Shown: piece by piece, positions 39,932 through 54,588 of the stretch
Numbering within the stretch: the stretch's first letter is position 1
How the letters are laid out: each line of letters opens with the position of its first letter
Assembly: GCA_951406725.2 (NCBI GenBank)
Contig: OX597814.1
Coordinates: 196,044,001-196,108,000, forward strand
Reading direction: 5' to 3'
Length of the DNA stretch: 64,000 nt
Source of the DNA: Octopus vulgaris
Taxonomy: Eukaryota
Program-made: the position numbers and the translations under genes
The notes under the pieces: model-generated
Seen by the model: the letters and a program-made list of their open reading frames with translations, nothing else
What the model was told of the DNA's origin: nothing
The model's database searches: none

Positions 39932-40715
39932 TTATTTTCTACACTAGGCGCAAGGTCCGAAATTTTGTGGGGAGGGGGACAGTCGATTGGATCGACTCCT
40001 GTATGGAACTAGTACTTAATTTGTCGACCCCGAAAGGATGGAAGGCAAAGTCGACCTCGGCGGAATTTGAACCCAGAGCGTAACGACAGACAAAATACTC
40101 TAAGCACTTTGCTCGGCGTGCTAACGTTTTTGCCAGCTCGACGCCTTAAGGTACATTATATTATTCCCAATTGTGCATAGCCGAATGAAACATGGTGTAA
40201 ATTTCTATGTAATTCTGATATGATAAATAGATATAGTGCAAACGTTTCTAGAAACATTCTCAAAAATTTTCAAAGACAAATTATAACGACAGACAAAATT
40301 AAGTCGATTACATTGACCCCAGTGCGTAACTGGTACTTAATTTATCGACAGCAGACGAAATACCGCTAAGTAAGGCCCGAAATTTTTTGGGAGGAGGCCA
40401 GTCGATTAGATCGACCACTGTATGCAATTGGTACTTAATTTATCGACCCCGAAAGGATGAAAGGTAAAGTCGACCTCAACGGAGTTTGAACTCAGAACAT
40501 AAAGACAGACAAAACACCTATTTCTTTACTACCCACAAGGGGTTAAACACAGAGAGGACAAACAAGGACACGCAAATGGATTAAGTCGATTATATCGACC
40601 CCAGTGCGTAACTGGTACTTAATTTATCGACCCCGAAAGGATGAAAGGTAAAGTCGACCACGGTGGAATTTGAACTCAGACAAAATACCGCTAATCATTC
40701 TGTCAACTCGCCACT
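39932..40715 (-). mobile_element. Cluster of SINE family D copies and fragments
   Basis: Repeated TCGACCCCGAAAGGATGAAAGG..GTCGACC..GGAATTTGAAC blocks. Confidence 0.85.
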
Positions 40716-40880
40716 TTATCTGCATACTAATATTACAGTTTCAGCATTCACCTGCTTTAGTGACAGCAAACTGTGGCCATAAGTTTAAAACAATGTAATT
40801 TTATTTAAAACAACGTAGGTATATTTAGTTACACAGGATAGTTTTCTATACATACATACACTACATATACTTACTTATGC

Positions 40881-41002
<122 letters not shown>

Positions 41003-41583
41003 ATATGCCTGTGTGTAAGTGTATGTGTGTTTATACAGACTGGGCGGGAGAGGGGGAGAGACTTGCTGAAAGTGAAGGAGATGTTTTTGTTCGTTTTTCC
41101 AGCTTTAAAATAGTTACTCTTTTAGTTTTGTTTTTGCTTTTTTTTCATATTTTTTATTATTTATTGTTCTCTGTTATTGAAATAGAAAAGAACACGAGGA
41201 GAATCGTCTGGAACAAAGTTGAATATAAATTAAATTCTGTCAAGTTACTCTCTCCTGTGTAATTAGTAATTTTGTTTAATTAGTTTTCGTCGAACCCAAT
41301 TAATGTTTATTATTTAATAAAACAGAAGATTACATTAAAAAAAACCCAGCAAGAGGATGACTTATTAATCTATCTTGAGTTTTCATGTTTGGTCACCCGC
41401 AGGATGATAGTGAAAAGCTAAATATGCAGAAAAGAAAGTAAAAAGCAAGTCACGTGGCTTTTATTCTTCGTGGTTACACAATACAACGTACAAAAGAGAC
41501 AAAATGAAATCGGAAATTATCGCTGCAGAGGTTACCACCTCAAACGGATATAGGAGTGCAGACGCTACGTTTGATGAAACTCA

Positions 41584-42046
41584 CGGGATCTTTTCGGTTT
41601 GAACGGCAGTTTTTTAAAAATAATTTCCACAGTAACTAAACACTTTTAAACTTCGTATACTGGTAGAATGTGTTTATAAAACATCTTTTCCTCTTGGCTT
41701 TATTGAGAAAATTCTATTGTTTGTAAGATATTTGTTATTTTTTTTCTTCAATTTCTGCAATTTCAACTAATCAATGTCGTCTATTGAGGTGAAAACATTC
41801 TGTGCCGTATGAATATGTCCCTCGTTTAAGAAACAGATTGGGTTTATTTACAGATTGGGTTTATTTTCTGAAGAAAAAAAGATACCCTTCCCTCCACCCC
41901 TAACCATAATTAACCCTAACTAACCCTAACTAACCCTAACCCTAAAACAGATTGAAATGCAATAGATCGATACTAGGGTCATAATTATGGGTGACAATTT
42001 CATATGACACCGCTAGAAAAAACTGCCGTTCAAACCGAAAAGATCC
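41584..42046. mobile_element. MITE, same family as 17411-17824, with expanded TAACCC-like repeats
   Basis: Same TIRs; CCCTAACCATAATTAACCCTAACTAACCCTAACTAACCCTAACCCTAA at ~41898-41945. Confidence 0.87.
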
Positions 42047-42491
42047 ACTCATCGACTCTTAACACATATTTCATTTTTTTACTTGTTCCAGTTATTGTTC
42101 TGCAGCCATGGTGTATCGCATTGAAAGATCAGTCGAATAAATCGTACCTCCCAGTATTTATGTACGTTTTTTTAAAGTCTCGTACGTATTCTATCGGTTT
42201 TTATTTTTACCGAACTGCAATGTTAACGAGGACATGAACGAGTGGACATTGATTGTCAAGGATTCATGAAGACAAACACAAATACAAAGATAGACGCAAC
42301 TACACACGCCCTCACTCTCTCTCACTCATTCTGTCTCTGTCTATCTGAGTCTCTCTCTCTCTCTTTCTCACATACACACGCACACACACATACACACACA
42401 CACACACGTACATATCTGATGGACCTTCAAAACATTTTCCGTCTACAAGGCTTTGATCGGCCCGGAACAGCAGCAGACGACACTTGCCCAC

Positions 42492-42546
<55 letters not shown>

Positions 42547-43077
42547 TGAGTGAGAGAGCAGTGCATGCCATGAAAGTGACACTGGGGTAAAATATACGAA
42601 GCCCAGTATACCCATGATTACCCGTCGATAAGGGTACACTAGGCACATGCATCACCACCATATGTGCGCGACATGGTGATATCATATCAAGATAAACAGC
42701 ACAAGACCTTGCAGGTGGGGCCCAGTTAAAATTTTCTTCTGGTCGAGTAGCACATCCCGCTCAAAAGGTCTCTGAATAAGGGTTGTTTAAAGATGTTGAA
42801 CATGAATTATTCAAACCCCAAAGAATCCCTCTCAACACATGGCTATGATGCTCCCCCACTACTTCTGCTCGTGATCAGAGATGCACATATCGTCAGCCAC
42901 TAAGGGACATGCTGAACTGGTTAAGATCAAACAACTGACAAGCAAATCTGTGGTATTGAGCAGAATATTTACTGTAGCCCATCTTTTATACCAAGACAAA
43001 ACAACGTTCATGATAACACTTCCAATAAGTTAAGATCAGAAGCCACGAGTGCCACTGCCTGGTACTCGCATAAGGGC

Positions 43078-43080
<3 letters not shown>
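42547..43080. mobile_element. Unclassified ~530-bp non-coding element inserted in (TAA)n
   Basis: Complex sequence bounded by (TTA)n on both sides; no informative ORF; mobile status is inferred. Confidence 0.5.
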
Positions 43081-43117
<37 letters not shown>

Positions 43118-43139
43118 GTTATTATTATTATTATTAATC

Positions 43140-43784
<645 letters not shown>

Positions 43785-43952
43785 TCTTCTTATTACTATT
43801 CTGTCTTTACGTTCTGAGTTCAAATTCCGCTGAGGTCGACTTTACCGTTCATCATTTAGGGGTCGATAAATTAAGTACCAGTGATCCACTGGGGTGAACG
43901 TAATCGGCTTGCCCCTCCACCAAATTTCAGGCCTTTTGCTTTTAGTAGAAAG

Positions 43953-44067
<115 letters not shown>

Positions 44068-44312
44068 TGTTGTTGTTGTTGTTGTTATAGTAGTCGTAGT
44101 GTTAGTAGCGGTAATAGTACTAGTTTCTAAAATTGCAAGAGATGTCGTAGCTGGTACTTTAGTAGAGGTCTGAGTTTTCGTATCTTTGATGTATCGATAA
44201 TGGATCCGCGGTTAGGTGTGATGGAATAGGAGAGTTTTATAGTGGATCCCTTATACCTAATGGAACGATAACTGTGTCTGTTGTCAGTTCGTCGCGTTTC
44301 CCTTTCCGTTAC

Positions 44313-44360
44313 CTAATGCTGAGGAGGAGATAACAACACCGAAATGCGTGCATCCATCAG
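44313..44360 (+). ncRNA. Type I hammerhead ribozyme, intact core, weak stem II
   Basis: CTAATG CTGAGGA GG..CC GAAA TGCgtGCA TC CATCAG. Confidence 0.7.
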
Positions 44361-46978
44361 TTTGATTAAAGAGCAGTTCGATCTGACTTGGTGTGTTTAG
44401 ACTTATTTGTCTACAGCGAGAAATTATATTTATGACAAAATGCAGTAATTGGATTTCTTACAGTTTCGAATACGCCTCAAGCTAATTTGAACTGGTAGCA
44501 AGTTTTTAATGGAGAATATAAAGGATACTAATAATTTTAGCAACATCTATTCTGTGGTTAAAGCTACAATTAAGAACGGTAGTGTGAAAAATCAACAATG
44601 CGTACAATTATACGCGAAGCTTGAATACCTTTAACGACAACTATAATAATTTGGTACCTCTATGAGTAATAACAATAATTATAATATGAATTATCCTAAC
44701 TATCTCAATCCTAATAACGATGACCGTATCACTCATAATTCTAATGATAGTACTAACAATCACGCTAACTATGCTGGAGCAGCTAATAATACATTCTTCA
44801 TAACCCTCAATGGCATGCATTTTCAGAGTACCTCTAGCAAAAGCAATTGCCCTTTCAGACGAAATTAACTCATGTTATCGCAGAGATTACAGAACTTTCT
44901 CTTGTTACTATAAACCATTATCCTCTGACTGAACTAATTAAGCCGCCCTTTCTACGCTATCTTTCATTATAATACTTCATCATCAACGATTGTATTCTTT
45001 CTACTGATATATTTAGCTATAATCAAGGTTTTTTCTCGTCTTCAGCTCTCTACCGCCGGCGTTTTCCACTCCCTTCACTTTCTGACTTGCACGTCGTTAT
45101 ATTTACTGGATTCCTCCCCTGCTTTTATTTATCTTTGCTTTCGATGCAACAGACAACACTTTACAATGTCCTTCTACATCCCGTTAGCATCTTATAAGTT
45201 TTATCTTTATTTTCTTCGTCTCTTATCTCCCTCTTTTGCCCCTTTTTTTTTATTTGTTGTATACCATGCGTCTGCTTATATCTATGGAATTAACCACCCA
45301 TTACTATTTTTTCACACTCTTAATTTCTTCTTTGCTAGATACCGACCAGCATTTGATCTGGTTTCCGTTTACAATTTCCGTAATTTTTAATATTATTTCC
45401 AATTTTATTTCTCTTTTCTTGGTGCCATTAACCAACGTCTTTTAATAACCAACTCCACCTCAGCAACCCCACCACTTCTCACTCAATCCAATATTTTCCT
45501 GCAGTTTTCTTACTTAATCCTCACTCTACGGTTCTTGTCTCCTTTTTCCTTTTGAACTTAACAATATTCATAACTGATTTAGTTACCAGAATCTTCTAAT
45601 AAGGACATCATCTTGCAATAAGAATTTCGCATAAACCGTGCTGATTCATACACGAACAATATTATTGGACCACATAAAATAACATACATAGTTATGACCC
45701 AGTCATAACCATTTATATTCATGTATATATCTCCACAGTGGTGTATGTAAAGATAAGAATTTATTCATTACATAAGAATTTATTCATTACCTTTAGACGC
45801 AACTTTCTATGTCAAATTATTACTTAAGCCTGCTTTGTTGATCTGTATTTTCTGCTCTCATACCTGTTCGACAAAGATTGTTCGTATAGCTACCTGTCCC
45901 AGAGGAAGGAGCTGGGGGTTTAAGTTTCAATTCCTTGTTTCTTTACTATTGTATAACGCATACGTCATACATACACACGTTTACACACATTCACGCACCC
46001 ACACACTCACACACAAACACAAACACATGCTTTCATATATATACTTTTACTTATATCTATTTCAGTGTTGTTTGACTGCGGCCATGCTGGAGCACCACCT
46101 TTAGCCGAGCAAAGCGACCCTAGGACTTACTCTTTGTAAACCCAGTTATTATTGTATCGGTTTCTTTTACCGAACCGATAAGTGACTGGGACGTAAACAT
46201 ACCAGCATCGGTTGTCAAGCGATGTTGGGGGGACAAACACAGATACACAAACACACACACATATATATATACGGGTTTCTTTCAGTTTCCACCTACCAAA
46301 TCCACTCACAAGGTTTTGCTCGGCCCTGAGGCTATAGTAGAAGACACTTGCCCAAGGTATCACGCAGTAGGACTGAACCCGGAACTATGTGGTTGGTTCA
46401 CTAGTTGATGTGCAGAACTTCAAACTAAACCTCAATCACACAGACCAATTTCATCATTTTTGGAAGGGATACCTAAATATTGTTCCACTCTTCCTCCTTT
46501 TAAATCTAATTGTATTATGTTCTTAAGCTTACATGAAACTAAGTATATCCAACGATATATAAACTCTATGTAAATATAACGTATTCTATTAAATACAAGG
46601 TCGCTTATGGAATATAACTAGTTTCCCGTTCCGAGGTAGTAATCTCCTTATTTGGGATGCTGGGACACCTTCTCCAGCGGCAATTTGGTGTATTTAGCAA
46701 CCAGTCCAGGCTCCATTGCTCGCCAGGTCAAGAAGCACGAACTGTCAAAGCATCGGTCGCTCTTACAGGTTTGTGGCCAAGCCTGTGGTAGTGAAGTGTT
46801 CCGGCGTCCTCTACTCTCGGGCGACATTCCTGTTCACTGCTATTAGGGCGGAGATGGCTATTGGCAAGTGCAAGCGCCCTGAGTCGGAATCCAGCTGGTG
46901 CCGATAGAAAGACAATGAAAGATAAAATAAAAGATATGTTCGTTAGCAATACAGTTATCAAGTGTTTGAATTTCTATG

Positions 46979-47578
46979 GGTGGCGAGCTGGAAGAAGCGC
47001 TTGCACGCCAGGCGAAATACTTAGCGGTATTTCGTCTGTCGCAATGTTCTGAGTTCAAATTCTGCCGAGGTCGACTTTGCCTTTCATCTTTTAAGGGTCG
47101 ATTAAATAAGTACCAGTTACGCACTGGGGTCGATATAATCGACTTAATCCGTCTGTCTGTCCTTGTTTGTCTCCTCTGTGTTTAGCTCCTTGTGGGTAGT
47201 AAAGAAATAGGTATTTCGTCTGCCGCTACGTTCTGAGTTCAAATTCCGCCGAGCTTGATTTAGCCTTTCATCCTTTCGGGATCGATTAAATAAGTACCAG
47301 TTACGCACTGGGGTCGATATAATCGACTTAATCCGTCTGTCTGTCCTTGTTTATCTCCTCTGTGTTTAGCTCCTTGTGGGTAGTACAGAAATAGGTATTT
47401 CGTCTGCCGTTACGTACTGAGTTCAAATTCCGCCGAGGTCGACTTTGCCTTTCATCCTTTCGGGGTCGATTAAATAAGTACCAGTTACACACTGGGGTCG
47501 ATATAATCGACTTAATCCGTTTGTCTGTCCTTGTTTGTCCCCTCTATGTTTAGCCCCTTGTGGGCAATGAAGAAATAA
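46979..47578 (+). mobile_element. SINE family D, 184-bp concatemer (3 units)
   Basis: Units start at 47026, 47210 and 47394. Confidence 0.9.
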
Positions 47579-48352
47579 GAATTTTCTATGGATGGTTACA
47601 CGCCTCACTCAACTTTAACGACGTGCGCCAATGTTAGAAATTAACATAGATTTATATCAGAGTAAAGACCTGCTAAATAACAGTGTATCGAAATATAGTG
47701 ATGTAGCTCTAATTACTTTAAAAGTCTACAAACTTTGAATCGTGAATCTTTAAGATACCAATTGTCTCAATGCTAGACATTAGATACATTACGTCTGACA
47801 AGTGATCTACAAGTGTCCAAGTTCTAGAGACCGAAGGCTAGCTGTCAGCATTGATGTTAGAAAATACATAATACGCTAATGAATGCATATAAATCTCCTT
47901 CTCAATATGGTAGCCGTCAGCAAACATCGTTTTCGGTTTACATTTGTTATTTGCTGTTTTACTTCTTTTTTTTTTTATTAGCTGTTACTTTAAATAGTTC
48001 TTGCATCAGACTTTATTGATGACATTTTGGCAAGTTTTGCGCGACATATAGCCTGTAATATTGACGCTAGCGGTTATTGAAAGCTAAATAAAAATGAAAA
48101 GCAAAAATTGGAAAAATAACAATACGTGTTCATTTATATGCAATAGAATCTCTGTCAGAGAAAAAAAAGCTCACTGGTAAAAGTATCTGTGAAAGTAGTG
48201 GCCGAGGGAAACACTTTAATATATGTAATTGTAGACCAGGAAATGAACTGATCCTGTTTCTGGGGGAATAATGGCGTGTCACTTGACATCTTTTCGTATC
48301 ACATTAGTTACGAAAATACAAATAAAGCGTGGGTTATAAATGTATAAATATA

Positions 48353-48918
48353 TATTTCTTTACTACCCACAAGGGGCTAAACACAGAGAACACAAACAAG
48401 GGCAGACAAACGGATTAAGTCGATTATATCGACCCCAGTGCGTAACTGGTACTTATTTAATCGACCCCGAAAGGATGAAAAGCAAAGTCAACCTCGGCGG
48501 AATTTGAACTCAGAACGTAGCGGCAGACGAAATACCTATTTCTTTAATACCCACAAGGGGCTAAACACAGAGAAGACAAACAAGGACAGACAAACGGATT
48601 ACGTCGATTATATCGACCCCGAAAGGATGAAAAGCAAAGTCAACCTCGGCGGAATTTGAACTCAGAACGTAGCGACTGGCGTAATGCCTATTTCTTTACT
48701 GCCCACAAGGGGCTAAACACAGAGAGGACAAACAAGGACAGACAAGCGGATTAAATCGATTATATCGACCCCAGTGCGTAACTGGTACTTATTTAATCGA
48801 CCCCGAAAGGATGAAAGGCAAAGTCGACCTCGGCGGAATTTGAACTCACAACGTAACGGCGTACGAAATATGACTACGCATATCACCCGACGTGCTAACG
48901 TTTCTGCCAGCTCGCGCC
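48353..48918 (-). mobile_element. SINE family D concatemer (3 units; middle unit has a 32-bp deletion)
   Basis: TATTTCTTTA.. at 48353, 48537 and 48689. Confidence 0.9.
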
Positions 48919-49175
48919 ATATAAATGTATAAATATATACAGAGTCACATCATCCATGTTGGGTTTAGTCTCATCATTTTGAAGTGAGGATAGAAAAGAC
49001 TTGTTTCCTAGTATTTAACAATTCATCTCGACTGGTTTATCTCATTTTCCCCGATGATAGTCGCTGCTGAAAGATACGTATTAGAGCATATACAATCATG
49101 GACCTAGGTATAAACTCATTTATCTAATGGTACGAAGTTGACATTGAATCGTCATTTCGATACAATCAAGTATAA

Positions 49176-49418
49176 ATCGTGACGTATATTTGCCATTTGA
49201 ATATGGCTAAACCCTAGGTTTGTAGCCCCAGGAAGACACCTCCTCCAGCTGGCTATAGACACACTTTCTGTGCCCTATCAGTATTCTGTGCCTATCAGTG
49301 CCCTATCAAATACTGATAGGGCGCAGAAAGTGTGTCTATAGCCAGCTGGATGAGGTGTCTTCCTGGGGCTACAAACTTAGGGTTTAGCCATATTCAAATG
49401 GCAAATATACGTCACGAT
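49176..49418. repeat. Fold-back palindrome, 110-bp arms, stuttered spacer
   Basis: 49176-49285 vs 49309-49418 with few mismatches. Confidence 0.92.
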
Positions 49419-49763
49419 GTGTTGCCGCTACTGTTTATAACTCGCTCTGAGATTTATCATTATTCAAGTATAAATTCTCTACTAGGAATGACCAAGTTTT
49501 TAAAAATCTGCAGGATCTCACGCATAAGGGAATTTTACATTGCTTATAAACTCTATATTTAGAAGGACTCATATTAAACTCTGTTGGAATTTTGGATTTT
49601 ACACAAAGGACATTGGAATATTGCATATATACCATTATGTCTATAAAACAGATTTACAAATTCAATATCCACACATATATTACATCTATTTTCTTTCCTC
49701 CACCTCATTCTCTATTTCGTATCACATCGAAACCAACTATGGCTTAATTTTTCCTCTCACACC

Positions 49764-49815
49764 GTCTTCGATGAAAGGATATTATTAATAAATATCCTAG
49801 AAACAGCTGTAAGAC
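49764..49815 (+). ncRNA. Type I hammerhead with mutated core (UCGAUGA), family E
   Basis: GTCT TCGATGA A AGGATAT..ATATCCT A GAAA CAGCTG TA AGAC; homologous to 23584-23637, with a compensatory G-C to A-T change in stem II. Confidence 0.7.
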
Positions 49816-49958
49816 CTTCTATCTATAAATGCTCTAATATCTATACAGCCTTATTTTTTTTATCTTATTACGCAAAAAATTCTCATATACATAGGAATAT
49901 GTACTTACATAAGTGCCAACGAGGGTACGGACGTCGCAATATATATATTATTATTATT

Positions 49959-50411
<453 letters not shown>

Positions 50412-50460
50412 AAAAAAAGTCAAGATAGAAAATGCTAAAATAATTTTATAAAAAACATTT

Positions 50461-50496
50461 CAGTGCCGGTTTCAGTCATTGAGACTTTTTCAACTG
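50461..50496 (-). ncRNA. Minimal hammerhead-like motif with U3-A8 core variant (U16.1 mutated)
   Basis: Minus strand: CAG TTGAAAA AGTC tcaat GACT GAAA CCGG CA CTG. Confidence 0.55.
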
Positions 50497-51222
50497 TAAC
50501 AATTAAACAATTAAATTCAGAAAAAAATTAAAAGGAAAGTTTTTTTTTAAAAGAATATTTGTATATGTTTCTTTACTGCCCACAAGGGGCTAAACACAGA
50601 GGGGACAAACAAGGACAGACAAACGGATTAGGTCGATTACATCGACCCCAGTGCGAAACTGCAAATACATGTGGTATTTTCCTTGTTTCTGCCTGCCTCT
50701 GTCTCTCTTGTTTACTCTTGTGGGTTCGAGGTCGTTGTGAATTCTTGGCAGAGAAGAAGGAGAAGAAAAAGAAGACGAAGGAGAAGAGAAGAAGAAGAAG
50801 AAGAAGAAGAAGAAGAAGAAGAAGAAGAAGAAGAAGAAGAAGAAGAATGCTGGAGTGCCATGACAGTAGAATGTTGAATGGTCAGCTGCGCTGCTGCCCC
50901 GAAAATGACCCACAGTGGGTGATAGCAGTCGTTGTTTAATTGACGTATATATATATAGCATTTATTTGCTTCGGTTATTATATTGCCACCATGCTGGGGC
51001 ACCGCCTTGAACAATTTTTGTAGAAAAAGTATATTACAGTATATATCATTTTTTAGCGCGAGGTACTATTTCTATCGGTGTACTTTTGCCGAAACGCTAC
51101 GTTCGAGGATCCGCTAAGTTACCGGTGTTGGTGTGTTTGTAAACACAGGAACACCGAGACAAGCACAGGCATACACAATCACACAAAAACACATATACGC
51201 ATGCAAGCACATACACTCACAC

Positions 51223-51264
<42 letters not shown>

Positions 51265-51792
51265 CCTCGCACACACACACACACACACTCACACAAACAC
51301 TTTGGGTTTCTTCCCTGTTCCATCTACCAAATGTAGAAGACACTTGCCCGAGGTGCCACAAAGTGGGTCTGGACTCGGAATCATGTGTCTGGAAAGCAAA
51401 TTTCTTACCATTCATAGACATCAGTTCCTACACACACACACACACATACACACACACACACACATACGCACACACATGCTGTATGTCGTCCGTAATTCAG
51501 TTTCCAATCACACCAAATTTATTGGATTATTAGCTTTATTTTTATCTCGTTGCGTCTTCATGTTTTTGGTGATATCTAATATCTCATAATATGATAACAA
51601 CTAAAAGCATTAGATTATTAGAAACCTTAGAGTGTCGCGACAACAATAACAACAACAACAACAATAACACCTATCTTGTGGTTTCGAGTTCAGTTCTATA
51701 ACATGTCACATATGGTGTCTTCTATAACCCTTCGACGAACAGTACCTAGTAAGAGAATCTGATATACTTAACCTGCACGGAAGCCCAATGTT

Positions 51793-51850
<58 letters not shown>

Positions 51851-51953
51851 TATATAACGGGAAGCTTTATGAAAATAAACAAAAGGCGAAGGCAGGTGGA
51901 ATACAAATAAACGATTGTACTAGTATGGCGCTCAGGAATATAAATAAAAAAAG

Positions 51954-51991
51954 TCTTTTACGTTTCGAGTCTACGCTCTTCAACAGAAAGA
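51954..51991 (-). ncRNA. Minimal hammerhead, variant core CUGUUGA (family B element ~51855-52083)
   Basis: Minus strand: TCTTT CTGTTGA A GAGC gtag ACTC GAAA CG TA AAAGA. Confidence 0.6.
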
Positions 51992-52080
51992 TACACAGAA
52001 AAGAAACACAGAAAGAAACAAGGAGGGAAAAAAAAGGAGAGAAAAAAAAAATGCGTGCAGAGGCTAGCGAATCAACATGG

Positions 52081-52113
<33 letters not shown>

Positions 52114-52349
52114 AATACTTATTTGCTGGAAATAGGTAGAAACCGTCGGTCTGGGAAATAGTTGAAATGGTAAATGTTTTTAATTTTCATTTCTTTCGTG
52201 AATTTATCTTTTTTGTGTTCTAGCACAACGCTTTCCTATTTGGAAGCCTCTTATTTTATTTCTATATGAATAATATATAGTCTAATGACTAATTCGCTTT
52301 TTGTGCTAGGCTACTGGTAATAATAATTTATTATTACCCTATTTTATTA

Positions 52350-52432
<83 letters not shown>

Positions 52433-52438
<6 letters not shown>

Positions 52439-52680
52439 AAAATAAGCAACAAGTATATCCGAGGCCATGTGGTACAATCGTTTCATGCTACTTCATTTTA
52501 TTAAACACTGTGGGTATTACATCACTTTTAAAATGTCGAGCAATCTTCAGCCACTTATAGACAGAAGATTGTTCGACAATTTAAAACTGATGTAATACTT
52601 ACAGTGTTTAATAAAATGAAGTAGCATGAAATGAATGTACCACATGACCTCGGATATACATGTTGCTTATTTTGATTATA
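52433..52680. repeat. Diverged fold-back inverted repeat, ~116-bp arms, TA-flanked
   Basis: 52433-52548 vs 52564-52680 with multiple substitutions. Confidence 0.88.
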
Positions 52681-52752
52681 ATCACCCCATGGATTTATAT
52701 GGATAATACTATACAAAATACTGGTGCTTTTGACTTAAGAACCATATTGATC

Positions 52753-52810
<58 letters not shown>

Positions 52811-53333
52811 TTAACAATTGAGGATAAAATCTTTAAAAGAAATTATCAGTAGTCAGCGTGAAAAACCTCGTAAGACAAAAAATCCGTAAATTCTTCCTCT
52901 TTGAAAATATTCATTTATATTATATTGAGGGTACTACTATTCGTAGATACCAACACGCTAAGAGGGACCAATGCGGTCAAAACTACTAAAAATAAACAAA
53001 ATTTTACCGAATGCAAAACTTCAAAACACATCATTTTAAAAAAGAATTCAGTTACATATCACATGTGATTTCGCATTTAATGCAGAATATGCATTTCATG
53101 TTCATCAGTGCAACAAACTCAAGAAATATAAGAGAAAAACATAACATTACAAACTCGATAGCCAACCGTAGAATTCGTCGTAGCATGTACGAATGTTTAT
53201 CTTTACATATCTATGAAAATGGCGGGCTTATTCGCAATGCATTTCGGTAACAAATTGTCTAGTCGGAATAAAAATTCAGTATTGAACTATTCCGGTGAAA
53301 AATATAAATTAACAATTGAGGATAAAATTGAGG

Positions 53334-53378
<45 letters not shown>

Positions 53379-54041
53379 ATATATATATATACATACATAC
53401 CTCTTTCGTGTATAAATACTATTATATATGAACAAATATTGTCTACTGACTTTATTACGCATGTTAGCCACGGGTATGAACATGTTTCTAAATTTTCTAC
53501 CCTTATCATTTTCACAGTAAATGTTTCGTAGCTTCAAAGCCTTTCTGGTAAAAATTTTTAAATTTTTTATATTATTTGCTGCCGAATGTAACTGCGCTTG
53601 CGCGTTGGATTTGAAAATTATAATGTATAAGTATGTAGTTTTTTTTTTTTCCGAAGTGTTCTGCAATCTCACTTTTTTCTCACTGAATCGCGAAGTTAGA
53701 AGTTAGGGGCTGCAACCGATGTAGCACCAGCAAAATCCGTCGAGGAGACAAACACAAATATAGGGACGCACACACACACACGCTAGCAAAGATATATACA
53801 AGGGGAAGGATCCAAAATTTTTTTTGGGGGGTAGGATGGGGTTTGCCCAAAACTTTCCAAAAATAAAATACTATATAAGGTGGGAATTGCAATTCTTAAC
53901 AAACGGACCCATTTGTTGTAGCAGACCATATGCATATGAAACTGTTCCCCGAAAAACCTTGGTCCCGATTGTTTTGCTGTCGGCTCGGCTAGAAAGGGTG
54001 TTGCCTGGACAACTAGGGCAGCACCCCTGCATCTGCAACTG

Positions 54042-54210
<169 letters not shown>

Positions 54211-54222
54211 GCTAGCTATCTC

Positions 54223-54273
<51 letters not shown>

Positions 54274-54523
54274 GAGGGTACTACTATTCATAGATACCGC
54301 ACGCTAACTACTGATAATTTCTTATAAAGATTTTATCCTCAATTTTAAATATATATATATATATACCAATGCTACTCAATTTCCATTTACCACACTAACT
54401 TCCCTGGCATTAATCGGCTCGAGGCTATTGCAGGGGTCACCTTCCGAACATGTCTTGCAGTGGGAGAGAACCGCAACAACATGGCTGTGAATTGAGGTTT
54501 TTAACCACACAAGCATACCTTCG

Positions 54524-54588
<65 letters not shown>

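Noticed and set aside
41898-41945. Telomere or chromosome-fusion relic
   Set aside because: Short, degenerate and internal to a MITE present twice in the window.
49222-49285. CCTCCTC-containing segment reminiscent of an HDV-like ribozyme L3
   Set aside because: Could not assemble the P1/P2/P3/P1.1 nested double pseudoknot by eye.
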